64,000 nt of DNA from Octopus bimaculoides (GCF_001194135.2 NC_068992.1:27840022-27904021), one strand, 5' to 3'; numbered from the stretch's first letter, positions 1 through 13,222 are shown. The notes: generated by a model not told the origin, from the sequence alone. Made by a program: numbers and translations.

Positions 1-110
1 CTTTAGGTGTTTTCACTCAATAAACACTCACAACGCCCGGTCTGGGAATCAAAACCGCGATTCTATGACTGCGAGTCCGCTGCCCTAACCACTGGGCCAT
101 TGCGCCTCCA
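1..110 (-). mobile_element. tRNA-like head of the same SINE family, cut by the window edge
   Basis: Matches 17585-17674 and 28930-29035. Confidence 0.85.
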
Positions 111-289
111 CATCAGTCAGGGCTAACCAAGGACAAACGATAACATAGTCATTAGATATCCATCTGCTTTTTGTCTTTTCGTTGCTTTTAAACCCTTTTG
201 ATACTAACCCACTCAAAACTGCCTCCAATTCTATGATACAAACTTCTTTTAAAGTAATCTAAATGGTAACCATCCTTCAAAATCTCATG

Positions 290-517
290 TTAACCCTTTA
301 GCATTCAGATAACTCTGTCAAATGTAATCCTTACTTATTCACATTGTTTTCAATGAATCATGCATTATCTTGCAGCTTCAAGATTCTGACGACGTGACTG
401 TATATTTTTAGAATAACATTGCAGAGTAGGTATGAGAGGCCAAATCTGGCCAGTTTGAACATAAAACAGGCAGAATAATTTGGCTGAATATAGCTGATTT
501 AAATGCTAAAGGGATAA
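290..517. mobile_element. piggyBac-like MITE (~225 bp); copies at 1116-1548 (interrupted), 32040-32240, 39320-39544, 42595-42782, 49610-49820, 58639-58853
   Basis: TTAA-CCCTTTAGCATT ... AATGCTAAAGGG-TTAA ends; a TTAA target site with CCC-starting TIRs is the piggyBac signature; no coding capacity. Confidence 0.7.
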
Positions 518-1151
518 AGAATGTACCAAACACCACCTGAGTAATGACAAAGTTAGTTTTAAAAATTTTTCATTATTTTCAAAATCATTTAAAATTAAGA
601 TAAAGGTAATGTATTTCAACAGAAATATGGTAAGAAATGGGTTGAAGACAGTAAAANNNNNNNNNNNNNGTTGGTTTGATGATTTTGATGGACAGCTTAG
701 AGAACTGAAGGTCAATGTCAGCAGGAAAATACTTGTCAGGGTTAGAACTCTACAGGGTTTGAGGGCTGCAGGCCAGGGAAGGAATGACTGCTAAAATATT
801 TTATGTGGGGGTTAATGGTGGGGGAGGGGGGTCAGAGAGAATAAGGGGTGGGAAGGGATATGGAGAGGGTATGCAGCAGTAAATTAGTACAAAAAGATCA
901 AAGACCATTGTAGTAGCATTAGATAAGACAGACAGACATGAAAACAGACAGACAGACAGACAGACAGGTTTACAGGCAGACAGACCGACAGGTGGATAGA
1001 TGGATGAATGGATGGACAGAGAGAAAAACCCATGCATTTGTGAGTCAGAGTTTGAAGACGTGCTAAAGAAATTCCTTCAACTTTGTGTAAAGGTACTTTT
1101 TCACAAATGTCACCTTTAACCCTTCAGCATTCAGGTTACTCTGTCAAATGT

Positions 1152-1366
1152 TCATCATCATCATCATCGTTTAACGTCCGCTTTCCATGCTAGCATGGGT
1201 TAGACAATTTGACTGAGGACTGGTCAAACCAGATGGCTACACCAGGCTCCAATCTGATTTGGCAGAGTTTCTACAGCTGGATGCCCTTCCTAACGCTAAC
1301 CACTCAGAGAGTGTAGTGGGTGCTTTTACGTGCCACTGGCACGAAGGCCAGTCAGGCGGTACTGGC
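1152..1366 (-). mobile_element. (GAT)n-tailed RTE-3'-end/SINE family copy nested in a MITE; further copies at ~10304-10640, 21915-22100, 38691-38910, 46120-46320, 53690-53990
   Basis: catcatcatcgtttaacgtccgctttccatgctagcatgggtt...ctacagctggatgcccttcctaacgc...gtgcttttacgtgcca core recurs at high similarity. Confidence 0.8.
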
Positions 1367-1814
1367 TATTCACATTGTTTTGAATTAATTATGCATTATC
1401 TTGTAGCTTTGAAATTTTGATGAAGTAACTGTTAATTTTTAGAATTATATTGTAGGGTTGGTGTGTGAGGTCAGATCTGGCCAATTTGAACATAAAACAC
1501 CTGGAATATTTTGGCCAGATATGGTCACTTTAAATGCTAATGGGTTAATATGTACACCTAGATATTCCCTTTTACTGACATTTGTATGTTAAAAAATTAA
1601 GTCGGCCAATCATTATGATTTATATTCTAGATGGTTCTAACATCAACTCTTAAATACTAAATGTCACTGAGATCTGGTTAAATTGAATTTCTGAAAAGTT
1701 TTAGGATATTTTACATCAATGTTTTTGTACAACTTAAATGGATGACATTCAATATTTACTTATTGATTACTGAATGTCATTTCAATGGTTCACAGAGATA
1801 GAGATTGAACTTAC

Positions 1815-1862
1815 TACAATGAAGATATCTTTCTCCAATGCAGCTACAGTTTCAAAGGGCAT
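1815..1862 (-). CDS. Candidate internal exon of the unidentified gene (MPFETVAALEKDIFIV), phase 0-0
   Basis: tttttgcttttag| 48 nt |gtaagt; strong splice sites, frame-compatible with the preceding candidates. Confidence 0.38.
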
Positions 1863-2416
1863 CTAAAAGCAAAAATTTAATCCCCAAGTCTTGTAGAGTA
1901 ACAGATAAGATAAAAAGTACAACGTGGTTTCAACTCCTAGTTAAAACTCTCTCACTCAGTTACACTGCTAATATCTTTTGAATAAGTCCTGAACACACAG
2001 CCACAAACTCTTGTTAGAATCATCAGTCCAGGGTGCCTTTGGCTGATGAGGTACAACAAAATTAAAACACCAAGTGTCCCAGAGTCCCCTTGTGATAATG
2101 AATCAATTGTGTTATGAGCACACCTTTGTTGAGAGGAGTTGTTCTTTGATGAAACAAAATAGTGATTAGCATATTTAGGCTTGAATCTGCCAGAATGTAT
2201 TAAGAATAAACATACAAATCATCGTTTTGATTCTTGCTGTTCACCAAGTATTAAATGATTTATAATACACATTATGCTTTCATTAACCCATTAGCACCTA
2301 AATTATCACTCTAAAGAAAAAAATAATCTATTGATCTTTTTTTAGCTTGTTTAACACTAAGGAATATTTGAAGCCAAAATATAAAAAAATTTTTACACAT
2401 GCACACATACAAACAT

Positions 2417-2454
<38 letters not shown>

Positions 2455-3689
2455 CATCATCATTTAAGACTGACTTTTTCATGGTTGCATGTATCAGATG
2501 GAATTTGCTGAGGCAGGTTTTCAACAGCTGGATGCTCTTCCTGTCACCAACTCTCACCAGTTCCCAAGCAAGGTAATATCTCCTCTCGTCCTTCAAACAC
2601 TAGAGGCACAAGGGCTGGAAGATGGCAGACAAATGACATCATTTGTATGACAGTGACATTCTTCACAACCAGTATGTGATATGAAAACAAAGATACATAA
2701 GCACACAAACACACACACATTATCATCATGATTTTTATGTCCACTTTCCTGGTGGTTTGACAGAAGCCAGCATATGGCCCCAGTGTTATACTTTTGACAT
2801 GATTTCTATAGTTAGATGCCCTCCCTAATGCCAGCTACTTTATAAAGTGTACTGGGTACTTTTTTCATAACACCAGCACTAATAAGGATGCCTTGTAACT
2901 TGCAAGACCAAAGAGCCCCTCAAATGAGAAGAAGGTTAAGATATAGGTTAGAATTTTTAAAGTGTTAAAAGGTTAAAGAATGATGGGAAGAACAGGTTTA
3001 CTATTTGTCGAGTAGATTCATGACTACTTCATATTTTAGTTGGGTGGACAGGAGGAGCTGGAGTGGGGCACAAACAAAGGTAAATACAGTAATAACGAAG
3101 TATTAGAATGCACCCTCATGGTAACATGTCCAAGATAGGTGTAGAAGAGAATGTAGACACAAAAATATCAGAGAGAGTGGTGGGCAAAGTTGTATGAAAG
3201 AAGAGGGAGTGAATATGAAAATGGGATGAAAAAAGTCAGATATATAAAAGAGATGAACAGAGGTGAAATGGTCTCTATGATTGGGTACAATAAGAACGAT
3301 GACTGGGAGTAGTAGTACAAAGGATAGTAAGTGGTGGCTAGCAACACAGAGATGGAGATATGATATGGTATATAGTAACAGGCCCGGTTTTCATTTTATG
3401 CAGCAGCAGAATAATACAGTAGACAGGAAAGTGATATAGGAATGCATGTTAGAGGCTGCAACTGGAGAAAGAGTGGCGAAATAGATACCAACAAGTATGG
3501 GGTTGGGGTCGCTGATGCTATGAATGAGGAATGGATGTCAATGGGAAACAGTTGGGGGAGAGGGGCTCAGTTGTGTGGGTGGGTGCAAGGAGAATCAGTT
3601 GTGTAGGTGGAAGAAGGGAATTGTTTTGTTCCTAGAGTACAGATACACAGATACATTATGCTTTGAGAGCGTTAGTCATGGTGTGCTAG

Positions 3690-3900
3690 CTTGACTTGGT
3701 GATTCTTCTCAAGTACTGCATATCACCAATCATCACAGTCTTTTTCATCTCTTCCACAAGTCTCAATCAGCTTTCCCCACCTCATTTCACATTTTCTTGA
3801 GTCTCCTTCTTCCTCAGGTCCTATCTACTATGAGTGATCAGGAATCCTATATACAGCGGCCTTCATCTATACACTTCACATTCCCAAACCAGTGCAGTTT
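3690..3900 (-). mobile_element. Degraded RTE LINE 3' coding end
   Basis: Minus strand resembles R.HWFGNV..DE..C.....L.V......GR..K.W.EV. Confidence 0.5.
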
Positions 3901-4850
3901 CACATCTGGTTCCACTCTCTCTCTGTCATTAGGGAGGGCAGCCAACTATAAAAAACACACCGGACAACAAGCAGTAGGGCTAGGTGCAGTCCTCTGGCTT
4001 GCCTTCTATCGATCCGTTCAAGCCATGCCAGCATGGGAGGCGGGCATTAAATAATGATGATGATGATGTATGCCATCAACATCATTTAATGCCCCCTTCA
4101 CCAAGCTGGATGCCCTTCCTAATGTCAAGCTTTTTTTCATGGCACCAGCGTTAATGAGGTCATCAAATATTCATAAGACAAACCCCTCAACCAAGAGGGG
4201 TTTCACATTGAAGGAAGCGAAAGTATGGTAGAGGAGTAAAAATAGGTGTCTTGCTGAAGAGAAGAATTTATGGCTACTCCAGCCAGAAAGAAAGAGATGG
4301 TGAAGGTATACCCTGAAGGTGCAGGGTGAATATGAATGAGAGAATAAAAATAGAAGAACAGAAAGGCTGCATGGGTAGGTAAGTACACTAGAGTGGGAAA
4401 AGAGTGTGACAGCTGATTGGAGGGGAGATTGATGCCAATGCAATGAATATTAGTTTGAGGGAAGGGGGAAAGAATTAGGAGTGGGTCAGAGAGGAAAAGG
4501 ATGTAATAAGGGACAGTAATAGGGATACAATATGAAGAGGATAAATTACAGAACCTGAGTGCATAGTACCACAGTTAGGAGATTGATGGAGGGATGGATG
4601 TTAGATGGGGAGTTGTGGGAGAGTGTTTGACAGGACCTCAATTTTGCTGAGATGAACAAGTCTTCTCAAGCACAGCTTATTGCCATTCATCTTGGTTCTT
4701 TGCCATTTCCTCTAGGGGGTTCAACATTCACTTCATCCCACATCTACCTGCATCTGATGTCCTTCCTAGCTGATGCAGGGATGATTTATCATCATCTTCC
4801 AATATATGTAATATTTTAAAACACAGTACATCCATAAGAGGAGATGTTAC

Positions 4851-4901
4851 CTCAAACAAATACCACTGTAACTTGCCTGTTAACCAAGGGCCAGTTTTAA
4901 C
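4851..4901 (-). CDS. Candidate internal exon of the unidentified gene (VKTGPWLTGKLQWYLFE), phase 0-0
   Basis: atatctag| 51 nt GAG|gtaaca; frame-compatible with the 5573-5622 exon. Confidence 0.35.
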
Positions 4902-5572
4902 CTAGATATATTCAAATTGAGTCCCATGCCAAGAGAGGGCTCCATGCTCATGCTCAAGCAGATGATGCTATGATGACTTTTTGGTATATCATTGTGGCTA
5001 AGATGTTGAAACCTCAAGCCCTCAATGTCTTTTGGTTGGGACTGGCGTATTACATGAAGCATGAACATCAATCTTCAGCTTTTGTAGAGAGGAGGGCCCC
5101 ACTGACAATTCTCTAATGGGCCCTGCAATTCCTAGCATCAGCCCTGCTGTTAACAATGCATATACATTAAGTATGATGCATAGATGGCTATTTTAATTTA
5201 ATACTGCTTCTATTATGTATAATGGTATTATCATTATCTTTATCATTAACAACCGGAAGCAAAAACATAATAATAATAATGAGTCTATTGTATGCAATGT
5301 TCAGGTACATTGCATACAAATGATCAATAAATCTTGTTCAGCAATTCTTTTCACACAGTTAATTGTGTAGCAAAGTATCTACCTTCACCTAGGCCTGTAT
5401 TTCTTTATATAGTGACAGAGTGTGCATACATGTTTGTCCTTTTTTTTCCTATGGTTTTAACGGCTGGTTGCCCTTCCTGTCACCAACCATATTATAGTGT
5501 GGACTTATGTTAGTCGTAGTCAGGTTTTATACAGTGAAACTAAATACAGATAAAATAAATGATTTCACATAC

Positions 5573-5622
5573 CTTGGTGTACAAGGTCAAACTTCTAGAA
5601 GACAGATAGTCCTTTGAATCAT
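5573..5622 (-). CDS. Candidate internal exon of the unidentified gene (xDSKDYLSSRSLTLYTK), phase 1-0
   Basis: tcatattttag| 50 nt |gtatgt; open in one frame only. Confidence 0.35.
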
Positions 5623-7383
5623 CTAAAATATGAATGATACTTTATGATCTCAAACGAACGAAAGGTAAAAATTCACCCTAATGGAATTTGTACCCAGACC
5701 ATAATTAAATACTGTATGGCCCTATATACAATGTCTGCTCATTATAATTCCATTCACATCTAGGATGCTTTATAGAAATATTATACAAACCCTCAGTATT
5801 TAACTGGTACTGAGTTAATAAAATGGAAACTCAGAGGGATGAAAAGTAAAATTAATTTTGGCAGGATTTGAAATAAGAATGTAATGGTCTATAAACTAAA
5901 GACCACAACACTAAAGTCAAATGTTCAAACGATTTTGTCAATCCATGCGTCAATATTACTAAGTAATAATGTTCACATGACAGTATCTGGCATTCTGCTT
6001 GTTGTAGTTGATTAATCAGGTCAGCCTGATTGAACAGATCTATAATCGAAATCATACTAACCATGACAACCTGTAGTTTTAGTAGTATTGTAAGACTACA
6101 TTACCTAACGTAGTCTTATTTAAGACTACATTATTTAAGATAGCAGGGTGTGGTTTGTAGGCAATTTGGCTGCGATTTCTAGCATATAGAACGACCACTA
6201 AGATGATCCTTCATTGGCTCGCCTTCACCTTATTTCATTCATTTACGAAACATTTGATTAGAAATAATTTCAACGTAGGATTTGGGTTTTTGCGTTTTAC
6301 TTTCTGAAGTTCCAGTATTGATTTATTGTAGAAACCAATTACCTATGACACTGATGTAACACATGGTGGTCTGGTATGCTCGTTCAGCTGGTGGCCCCAG
6401 TAACAGAAGATTGGCCAAACGAGCAATGTTTGACATCGGGTCTGGCAGGTGAGTCACGACTGAAGTGACGTAAAAAGTAATGTGGAATGCGAATGCAACG
6501 AGATGCTTGGGTGGAAGTGATGTTATGACTGGCAAGTTGAGATGAGCAAAGGCAGTTGTAGTAGTGGTCATAGATGAGTCACAGAGAACAAGTTATCCTC
6601 GTTCGAAAATTCTATGAAGTAAACTAACTACAAAAACACATGCGAACAACTTCTTCTATGTAAATAAATGCAGACCTAGCTAAGTGCAACTAGAAACTTC
6701 AGTACTCAGTTTGCTGTGTAAAAAAGGAAAGTATTTCCCCCTTTATGTTTTACTTCCTGGTTGTTCGTTATACAATCAATGGAACTAAGTTCTAAGACTG
6801 ATATAGTGCATACCTCAGCATCTCTGTTTACCTTTCGCTACAATGGCAATATTTCAGACCATTATATCATAATATATTAACAGTAATGTTCAGTAAAAAT
6901 AAACTTAGGACGGATCGAGGGACCCGCACCAGCTTTTTTTTAAATATGTATTTTTCTGGTTATGACTTTTCATAGTATTTACATCGTTTATACACTTGAG
7001 GGAAACCATTAATGCCACATCTCATTTCAGCTACCCTATCCTTAAGATATTTGGTTTCATGCCTATTATCGAACAGATGACCCCCTTTTGAACGGATCGA
7101 TATATTGATAAATACGTAACCACTTCTATAATATAACGAAAAGGTAACTGGAAAAAAAAAAGTAGATGTGTAGGTGTGCAAAAATAACTATTGGTGGAGA
7201 GATGAGAGAAGAAAAAAAATGAGATAGAAAGGAAACAAGGGTAAATGTATTGTTATATGAATCGTTTAAAAGTGGGATAATTATGCTGTGATAAATAAGG
7301 TGAGTGAATGTGAGCGGCATAGAGATAAGATCAATGTGAAATACAACATAAGAGTAGTGGACAAGTATGGTAAATCCTCTTAC

Positions 7384-7752
7384 CTTGTAACTAAAAAATA
7401 AATCGCATGCTTCATCCGTCCGGACAATGTTCTGTTTCTTGGATGTTCTACTACTTGTACTCAAAGTACTCCTTCGACTGTATGTACTTCCTGGTCGACT
7501 TCTGTTGAGGTTGGGATCCGTGGCCATAGCTTGATTGTCGATGGGGGTCGATGCATGTTGTTCATTTCTAATAAACGGATGACCATCTGTAATATCATTG
7601 CTGCTGCCATGGTAGGTGTGTACTCCGATATAACCAGAACTTGTTGGTTTCAAACTTAGGGTGGCACCGACAAACTCACCTTCCTTTTCATCTGCCGATG
7701 ACAGATGTTCGTCACTTAGGTATTCAGATACGAATTTATCATCGGTCATCAT
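7384..7752 (-). CDS. Probable first coding exon of an unidentified gene (123 aa, MMTDDKFVSEYLSDEHLSSADEKE...RSRPGSTYSRRSTLSTSSRTSKKQNIVRTDEACDLFFSYK)
   Basis: Stop-free 369 nt in non-repetitive, GC- and CpG-richer DNA, with AAAATG start context and a strong donor AAG|gtaaga; protein-like acidic then Ser/Arg-rich composition. No family recognised. Confidence 0.55.
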
Positions 7753-8053
7753 TTTGAACACGATTCTGTTGTGCACTGACTTCTTTTTATAATGTCACCT
7801 ACCAACGATCACTACACTGTTGTTCGAGGGTGTGTATAGTGTCGCGTGTGTATATATATATATATATATAAGTAGAGCTGTAGAGATAACAAAGAAGAAA
7901 GTATTAATTGGGAAATGACAACTAAATTGACATTACGGAATTAATATACATTATTATATACATTCACATTTCTGAAAGAAAAAGTCAACATATTGTTTAC
8001 TATATTGGTTCGATCACGTGTTCAACTGATCGATACGAATTACGAAGAAATAC

Positions 8054-8055
<2 letters not shown>

Positions 8056-8126
<71 letters not shown>

Positions 8127-8152
8127 TATATATATATATGGTTGAAATTTAT

Positions 8153-8187
<35 letters not shown>
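8056..8187. repeat. Compound (TA)n(GA)n microsatellite; representative of many others such as (CTG)n 10650-10700, (GT)n 13158-13218, (ATGT)n 15599-15665, (AAT)n(ATT)n(GTT)n 19228-19318, (ATT/ATC)n 20740-20985, (TAG)n 21120-21153 and poly-A 59516-59556
   Basis: Read directly from the sequence. Confidence 0.95.
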
Positions 8188-8190
<3 letters not shown>

Positions 8191-8658
8191 ATGTACACTA
8201 GTATACAGACGTAGCGAATTGCGTTTGGAATTGGTAAAATGGCTTGAGTCTTAAGTGTCCGAAGGATGGTAACATTTTCTATGCCAATAACACTCCCCAC
8301 ATATATATGTATATACACACACACATATACGGAGAGAGAAAGATCTAGTAAACATGAAGTTTATTTAAATAAATTAAATAATCTTACCAAAAGAAACTCT
8401 ATTTTCTATAGGCCTATATAATGTAATGTTTGTCAAAATGTTAATTCTATTGTTTCAGTTTATGTGTGATAAGAAGAGAGAAATAATGTGTGCCTCATCA
8501 CGACGAATAATAATTTACTTAACTTTCGTTTCTAGATAAAACTTAGTTTAGTTGCCACTGCTTGCTAAGTTGTAGGTGCACCTAAGTTAGCGAGAGAGAG
8601 AGAGAGTTCTCGCCATGTACAAACAAACATGCGTAAATCAACAAAGCAGACTTCTTAC

Positions 8659-8920
8659 CTCGTCGTCTTTATTGATAGTTACTAGTTAATAATATTATTT
8701 TAACTACTAGTAGTTCCTTCTTGTCCTCACATAGTAGTAAAATAGAGTTGGGTGTTCAATAAATGAGATATAATGAAACGACAACCTAGTATCTAAGTAA
8801 AGTGAAAATAACTTGTCTACTGTGGGTGGCGGTGAGGCAGAAAATACAAGAAATAAATACAAATTCCTCTGCCCTCTCCTGCTAGTGCTGCTGCTGCTGA
8901 TGACAGGTGATGTCACATTC
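8659..8920 (-). other. Possible 5' UTR exon of the unidentified gene (left boundary is the donor, right boundary approximate)
   Basis: Strong donor GAG|gtaaga at 8659/8658 in CpG-retaining DNA upstream of the 7384-7752 exon. Confidence 0.22.
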
Positions 8921-9327
8921 TGGAATATCTCTCACTAATCGTTCTTTATTCCCATGTGGTTTCACCGAACTATCATTCTATAATTCTATAATTCCGTTGT
9001 TCTGTTAATTACATAAACTTGACAACGCCTTTTGTTTTATTGTTTTACAGTATTCTCTTTGTTTTATTTTCAATTTCTCCTTGTTTTATTTTCATTTTCT
9101 CTTTGTTTTCTTTTCTTTTGTTTCCCCACTTTTTTTTTCACAAAGTCTTCCTTTATTTCCTCCCAAAATAAACTCAACTAAATAATTGGACATTGACAAG
9201 GAATTTTTTCTGAACATTTGTTTCTTTGAATTAAAAAAAATTCGCATAACTATTTTTTTTTTTTACTCATTTCAGTGATTGAACTATTGCCATACTAGGG
9301 CATCGAATTATTATTATTATTATTATT

Positions 9328-9677
9328 TTATGTTTGACTTTTGTTTTGCATTTGTACAAGTCTCACCCAGAGACCTCAAGAGACAACAAGTTAGAAGTTC
9401 ATGTAGGTGTTATGCCTAGGGTACCATATATTTGGATTTGTACAGTTTTGTTCTAGTGAATGTTTAAGAAACCATAAGAAAATTATGTGTTTGTTTTAAA
9501 ATTTGAGATCACATAGGCAGTATTTTACGTAGGATATGGGCAGTTCCCATGAGCACTATCTTTTGAACTTCAACCATTTTGGGGTTTCCTGGTATCTGAG
9601 CTAGGTAGTAATCAGCCCGTTTCGCTGTCATTCCCAGGGCACCTATGACAATAGGTATTGTTTTCATCTTCAGACGA
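9328..9677 (-). mobile_element. 3' end of an R4/Dong-type (restriction-like endonuclease) non-LTR retrotransposon
   Basis: LKMKTIPIVIGALGMTAKRADYYLAQIPGNPKMVEVQKIVLMGTAHILRKILPM* (stop 9509-9511); flanked on both sides by (ATT)n. Confidence 0.85.
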
Positions 9678-10663
9678 AATTATTATTATTATNNNNNNNN
9701 NNACAATTTGTTTCGAAATAATTATAATTCCATTCCCAGCTTGCATGTAGGACTATCAAATCGTCCTCAGTACTGACTGGTATTTTGTTTTAATGACTCT
9801 GAAACCCTGGAGGGATTTGAACTCGAAACGTAAATAGTTGGGCTGAGTTTTGGAATAACTGTCGATCAAAGGCACATACCTCATAGGGGAAAAAAAAGAA
9901 TAACAGCAAAAACGCAAAACAAATTGAAATTTTTGGAAAAAATTTTTTTTCAGAATTTTAATTTCCATAGGGACTTCAATGGACAGTTGATGCAAAACTC
10001 CACCAATCTCCATAACTTAATTCCACAAGGAAATGTAACAGATGATCTCCTGATTCTTCCAGTTCACTGCTTGAGATGCATTGTTAAATCTTTTTATTCT
10101 TTTAAGCTTGACAAATTTCATCCAAATGTTAAACTTGTACAGATGTTGGGTTTGGGCCCAGGTCAGATTTAATCAAGCAAATCTCTCTAGTCAAAGACAT
10201 TCCAGTCGCAACTCTTCTAATTTTTTTTCTGACACAGTACATCTAAGATTGTATTATCCAATGTGTCTCATTCTCTTATGACAGCTTGTAATTTGAGTGA
10301 AATTTAGCAGCTATTTCCAGCAAGGTCAAGTGACCATGTAGATGTGTCTTTGTTGGTCAGGAAAGAATAAGTTTTAATTTGGCAACCCTGAACAGATTTA
10401 TGATCAAAGATGCCACATAAAAAGCATTGGTGTGGGAGCCGGTGCCATTTAAGAAGCATAGGTGATGGTGCCACATAAAAAAGCTCCAGTACACTGGTGA
10501 AAGTGGTTGGTGTTAGGAAGGGCATCCAGGTATAGAGACCAAGCCAAATCAGACTATGGAATCTGGTACAGCCCTTGTCCTCACCAGTTACTGCCAAACC
10601 CTCCAACCCATGCCAGCATAGAAAATGGACATTAAATGGTGGTGGTGGTGCTGCTGCTGCTGC

Positions 10664-10703
<40 letters not shown>

Positions 10704-13157
10704 AATGATGGTACTTCATTCTCTTATATTGTTCTCACATAATCTATGTCTATCATCAGCCTCATTAGCAGCATCCATGTTCTTACTGGCATGAGTTGCC
10801 TAATACAATATGCTTTTTTTCCCCCTTTTTTTCTTTCTTTTTTGACATGGTAGGAAATGATTTGAAGATTTGGCCAAGCTTTGTGTGATGGCTGCTACTT
10901 CAACACGCTGTTCATAAGACTAGTTGCTTGCATGTATCTTGAACACATACAGGTTTGGCCTTTTAAACCCAGCACTCCATTGCCCAGCATAATTTAAATC
11001 TGTACCTTGTTCTATTGTGTTTGGTTTTAGATTATATATTCCATGAAGCAAAATCTTTTTTTTGAAGTATTGTTAGTCTTATTTCCTGCATGAATCTTTT
11101 TTTTTTTTTTTTTGCTATAAGACATCAATATATATTTAGAGCAAAATGTGATGAGCTGGCAGAATCATTAGCACGTGGGACAAAATGCTTAGCAGCATTT
11201 TGTCCATCTTTACATTCTGAGTTCAAATNNNNNNNNNNNNNNNNNNNNNCTTGAAATTGCTGGCCTTGTGTCAAAATTTGAAATTAGTATATACTTAGAG
11301 CGAAATAGCAGGACTATATTCACATAGGGAATCTTGTTAGGAATCAATTTCTGTTTTCCAGTATTCTTCCGTGATTCAACAAAGGCCAAGTCCCAAAGTT
11401 ATCAAACTTAAGAGGCCCAACTTGTAGTTTTAAAACCTCAAATACCCTTGTAACCTTAACTGTTGGTATCTACATTAAACATTCAGTGAAATAAGGAGCT
11501 GATCACATTGAGTTGGAGTAAACATTTTATTTTCAAACGTTTAAAAATTAAAAAAATCAAACATGATAAATATATCAAAATTAAGGTAAAAAGTTGAAGA
11601 GAATAAGGAAATTATTATCTGTCACCACTTTCATTCCTTTATTCATCATTTTGGTCATGCTTCCCTTGAGCTCACAGAGATGAGACAACATTGAGAAGAG
11701 AGGATTCTTTAGTGTTGTAAGAGACAAGGCAACCTCTTTAGTGCTGGTGCTGTGATAAAATAAGCTGAATACACTTTGTAAAGTGGATGGTGCTAGGAAG
11801 AGCAGCCAGTGATAGAAATCAGGTCATAATATAATATAATACAAGTGAGACATTGTCCACAATTCATCTGGAAGTGGGGAAATGGTTGTAACTCAAAATA
11901 TAAAGTGACTCAAGTTATAAAAAATTATTCAGCCCATTCCAGCATAAAAAAAGAAGATGAGATGAAAAGGATAAGGATAAATTGAAAGGTGGACGTATTT
12001 TCTTTTCATTTTGTGAATTTTCAGTTATACCAAGTTTTTTTCTTTTTCTTTGCTTTTTTTTTTCTAGATAACATTATGGTGTTTTAGCTGAGAGGAGTTT
12101 GTCAAAGAGACACAAAGTTTGTTTTGCATTCTACTTCCTTCTATTATGAATCTGTGATCCTGCTGCACTGCCTACATTTTCTCTCATAGCTCCTGATCTC
12201 TCATCAAAATCATCCTTGCCTTGACCATACAACATACCTGTTGTCGTTCTTTCAGGCATAGTGTATTAAGACCAGGCTATCAAATATGTCCTTCCTTTAA
12301 AAAAAACATCTAGTTTGACTTAAGGGAAATCTGGGTAGCATTTCTAATAGATTAAGCAGATTAAGACTGGAGTCTGGAGCAGTCCCTCAGCTTACCAGCC
12401 TTGGTCAAACTCTCCAACTCATGCCAGCATGGACAACAGAAGTTAAATGATGATGATGATGATGATAAGCAATTGTTTAGAAGAGGTAATAAAATCAAGT
12501 ACAATCTCATGTCCTAGGATAAATAGGGCCAGTCACCTGGTTTCCATGAAGTATAAGTGACAAAGATTACAACATTGCCTCCTCAACAGAATATCAGTCC
12601 ACCATAGGGTTACTCATTCACAGCTGAACCAAACAGAGCAACATAAAATAGAGTGTTTTGCTCAAGAACACAATACATTGATTGGTTCAGGAATCAAAAC
12701 TATGATCTTGAAATTTTGAGTGCAACACCCTAACCACAAAGCCCATACAACTTTGTAGGAGAAATAAGAAACCTTTTTATTATTTGGAGAAAATTGCAAG
12801 TACATAGAATCAGTAAAAGTACATCTGTATGGAGACATATTAGTAAAGTTGCCCTCTAATTACAATCCTAACATTTTAGATAAGGAATGGACATATAGAA
12901 TTGCATTGCCCCCACCCACCAAGAAGAGAAATAAGATGGTTACAGCTGGAATGTTTTTGATCATGGGTTTGTTTAATTAAAGCTGACCTGAGACTAAACA
13001 ACAATGAAAAATGTTCTTTATGAAAATGTTTGGGTTTATTTTGCTTTCAACAGAAGAAAATGATGTTGTTTTGACATCAGTTATTCTTATGACAAAGATC
13101 ATCTGAAAACCTTTTTCACATATCAACCATTGTTACACAAAAGTAATCGTAATAATG

Positions 13158-13222
<65 letters not shown>

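Noticed and set aside
1-110. tRNA gene-like sequences (also ~16735-16800 and 28960-29035)
   Set aside because: They continue directly into SINE bodies present in several copies and lack a complete cloverleaf; these are SINE heads, not tRNA genes.
13055-13141. + strand exon-like segment with in-frame TGA followed by TGT TGT (possible selenocysteine)
   Set aside because: No recognisable selenoprotein motif, no partner exons and no SECIS element identified; the other frames also stop.
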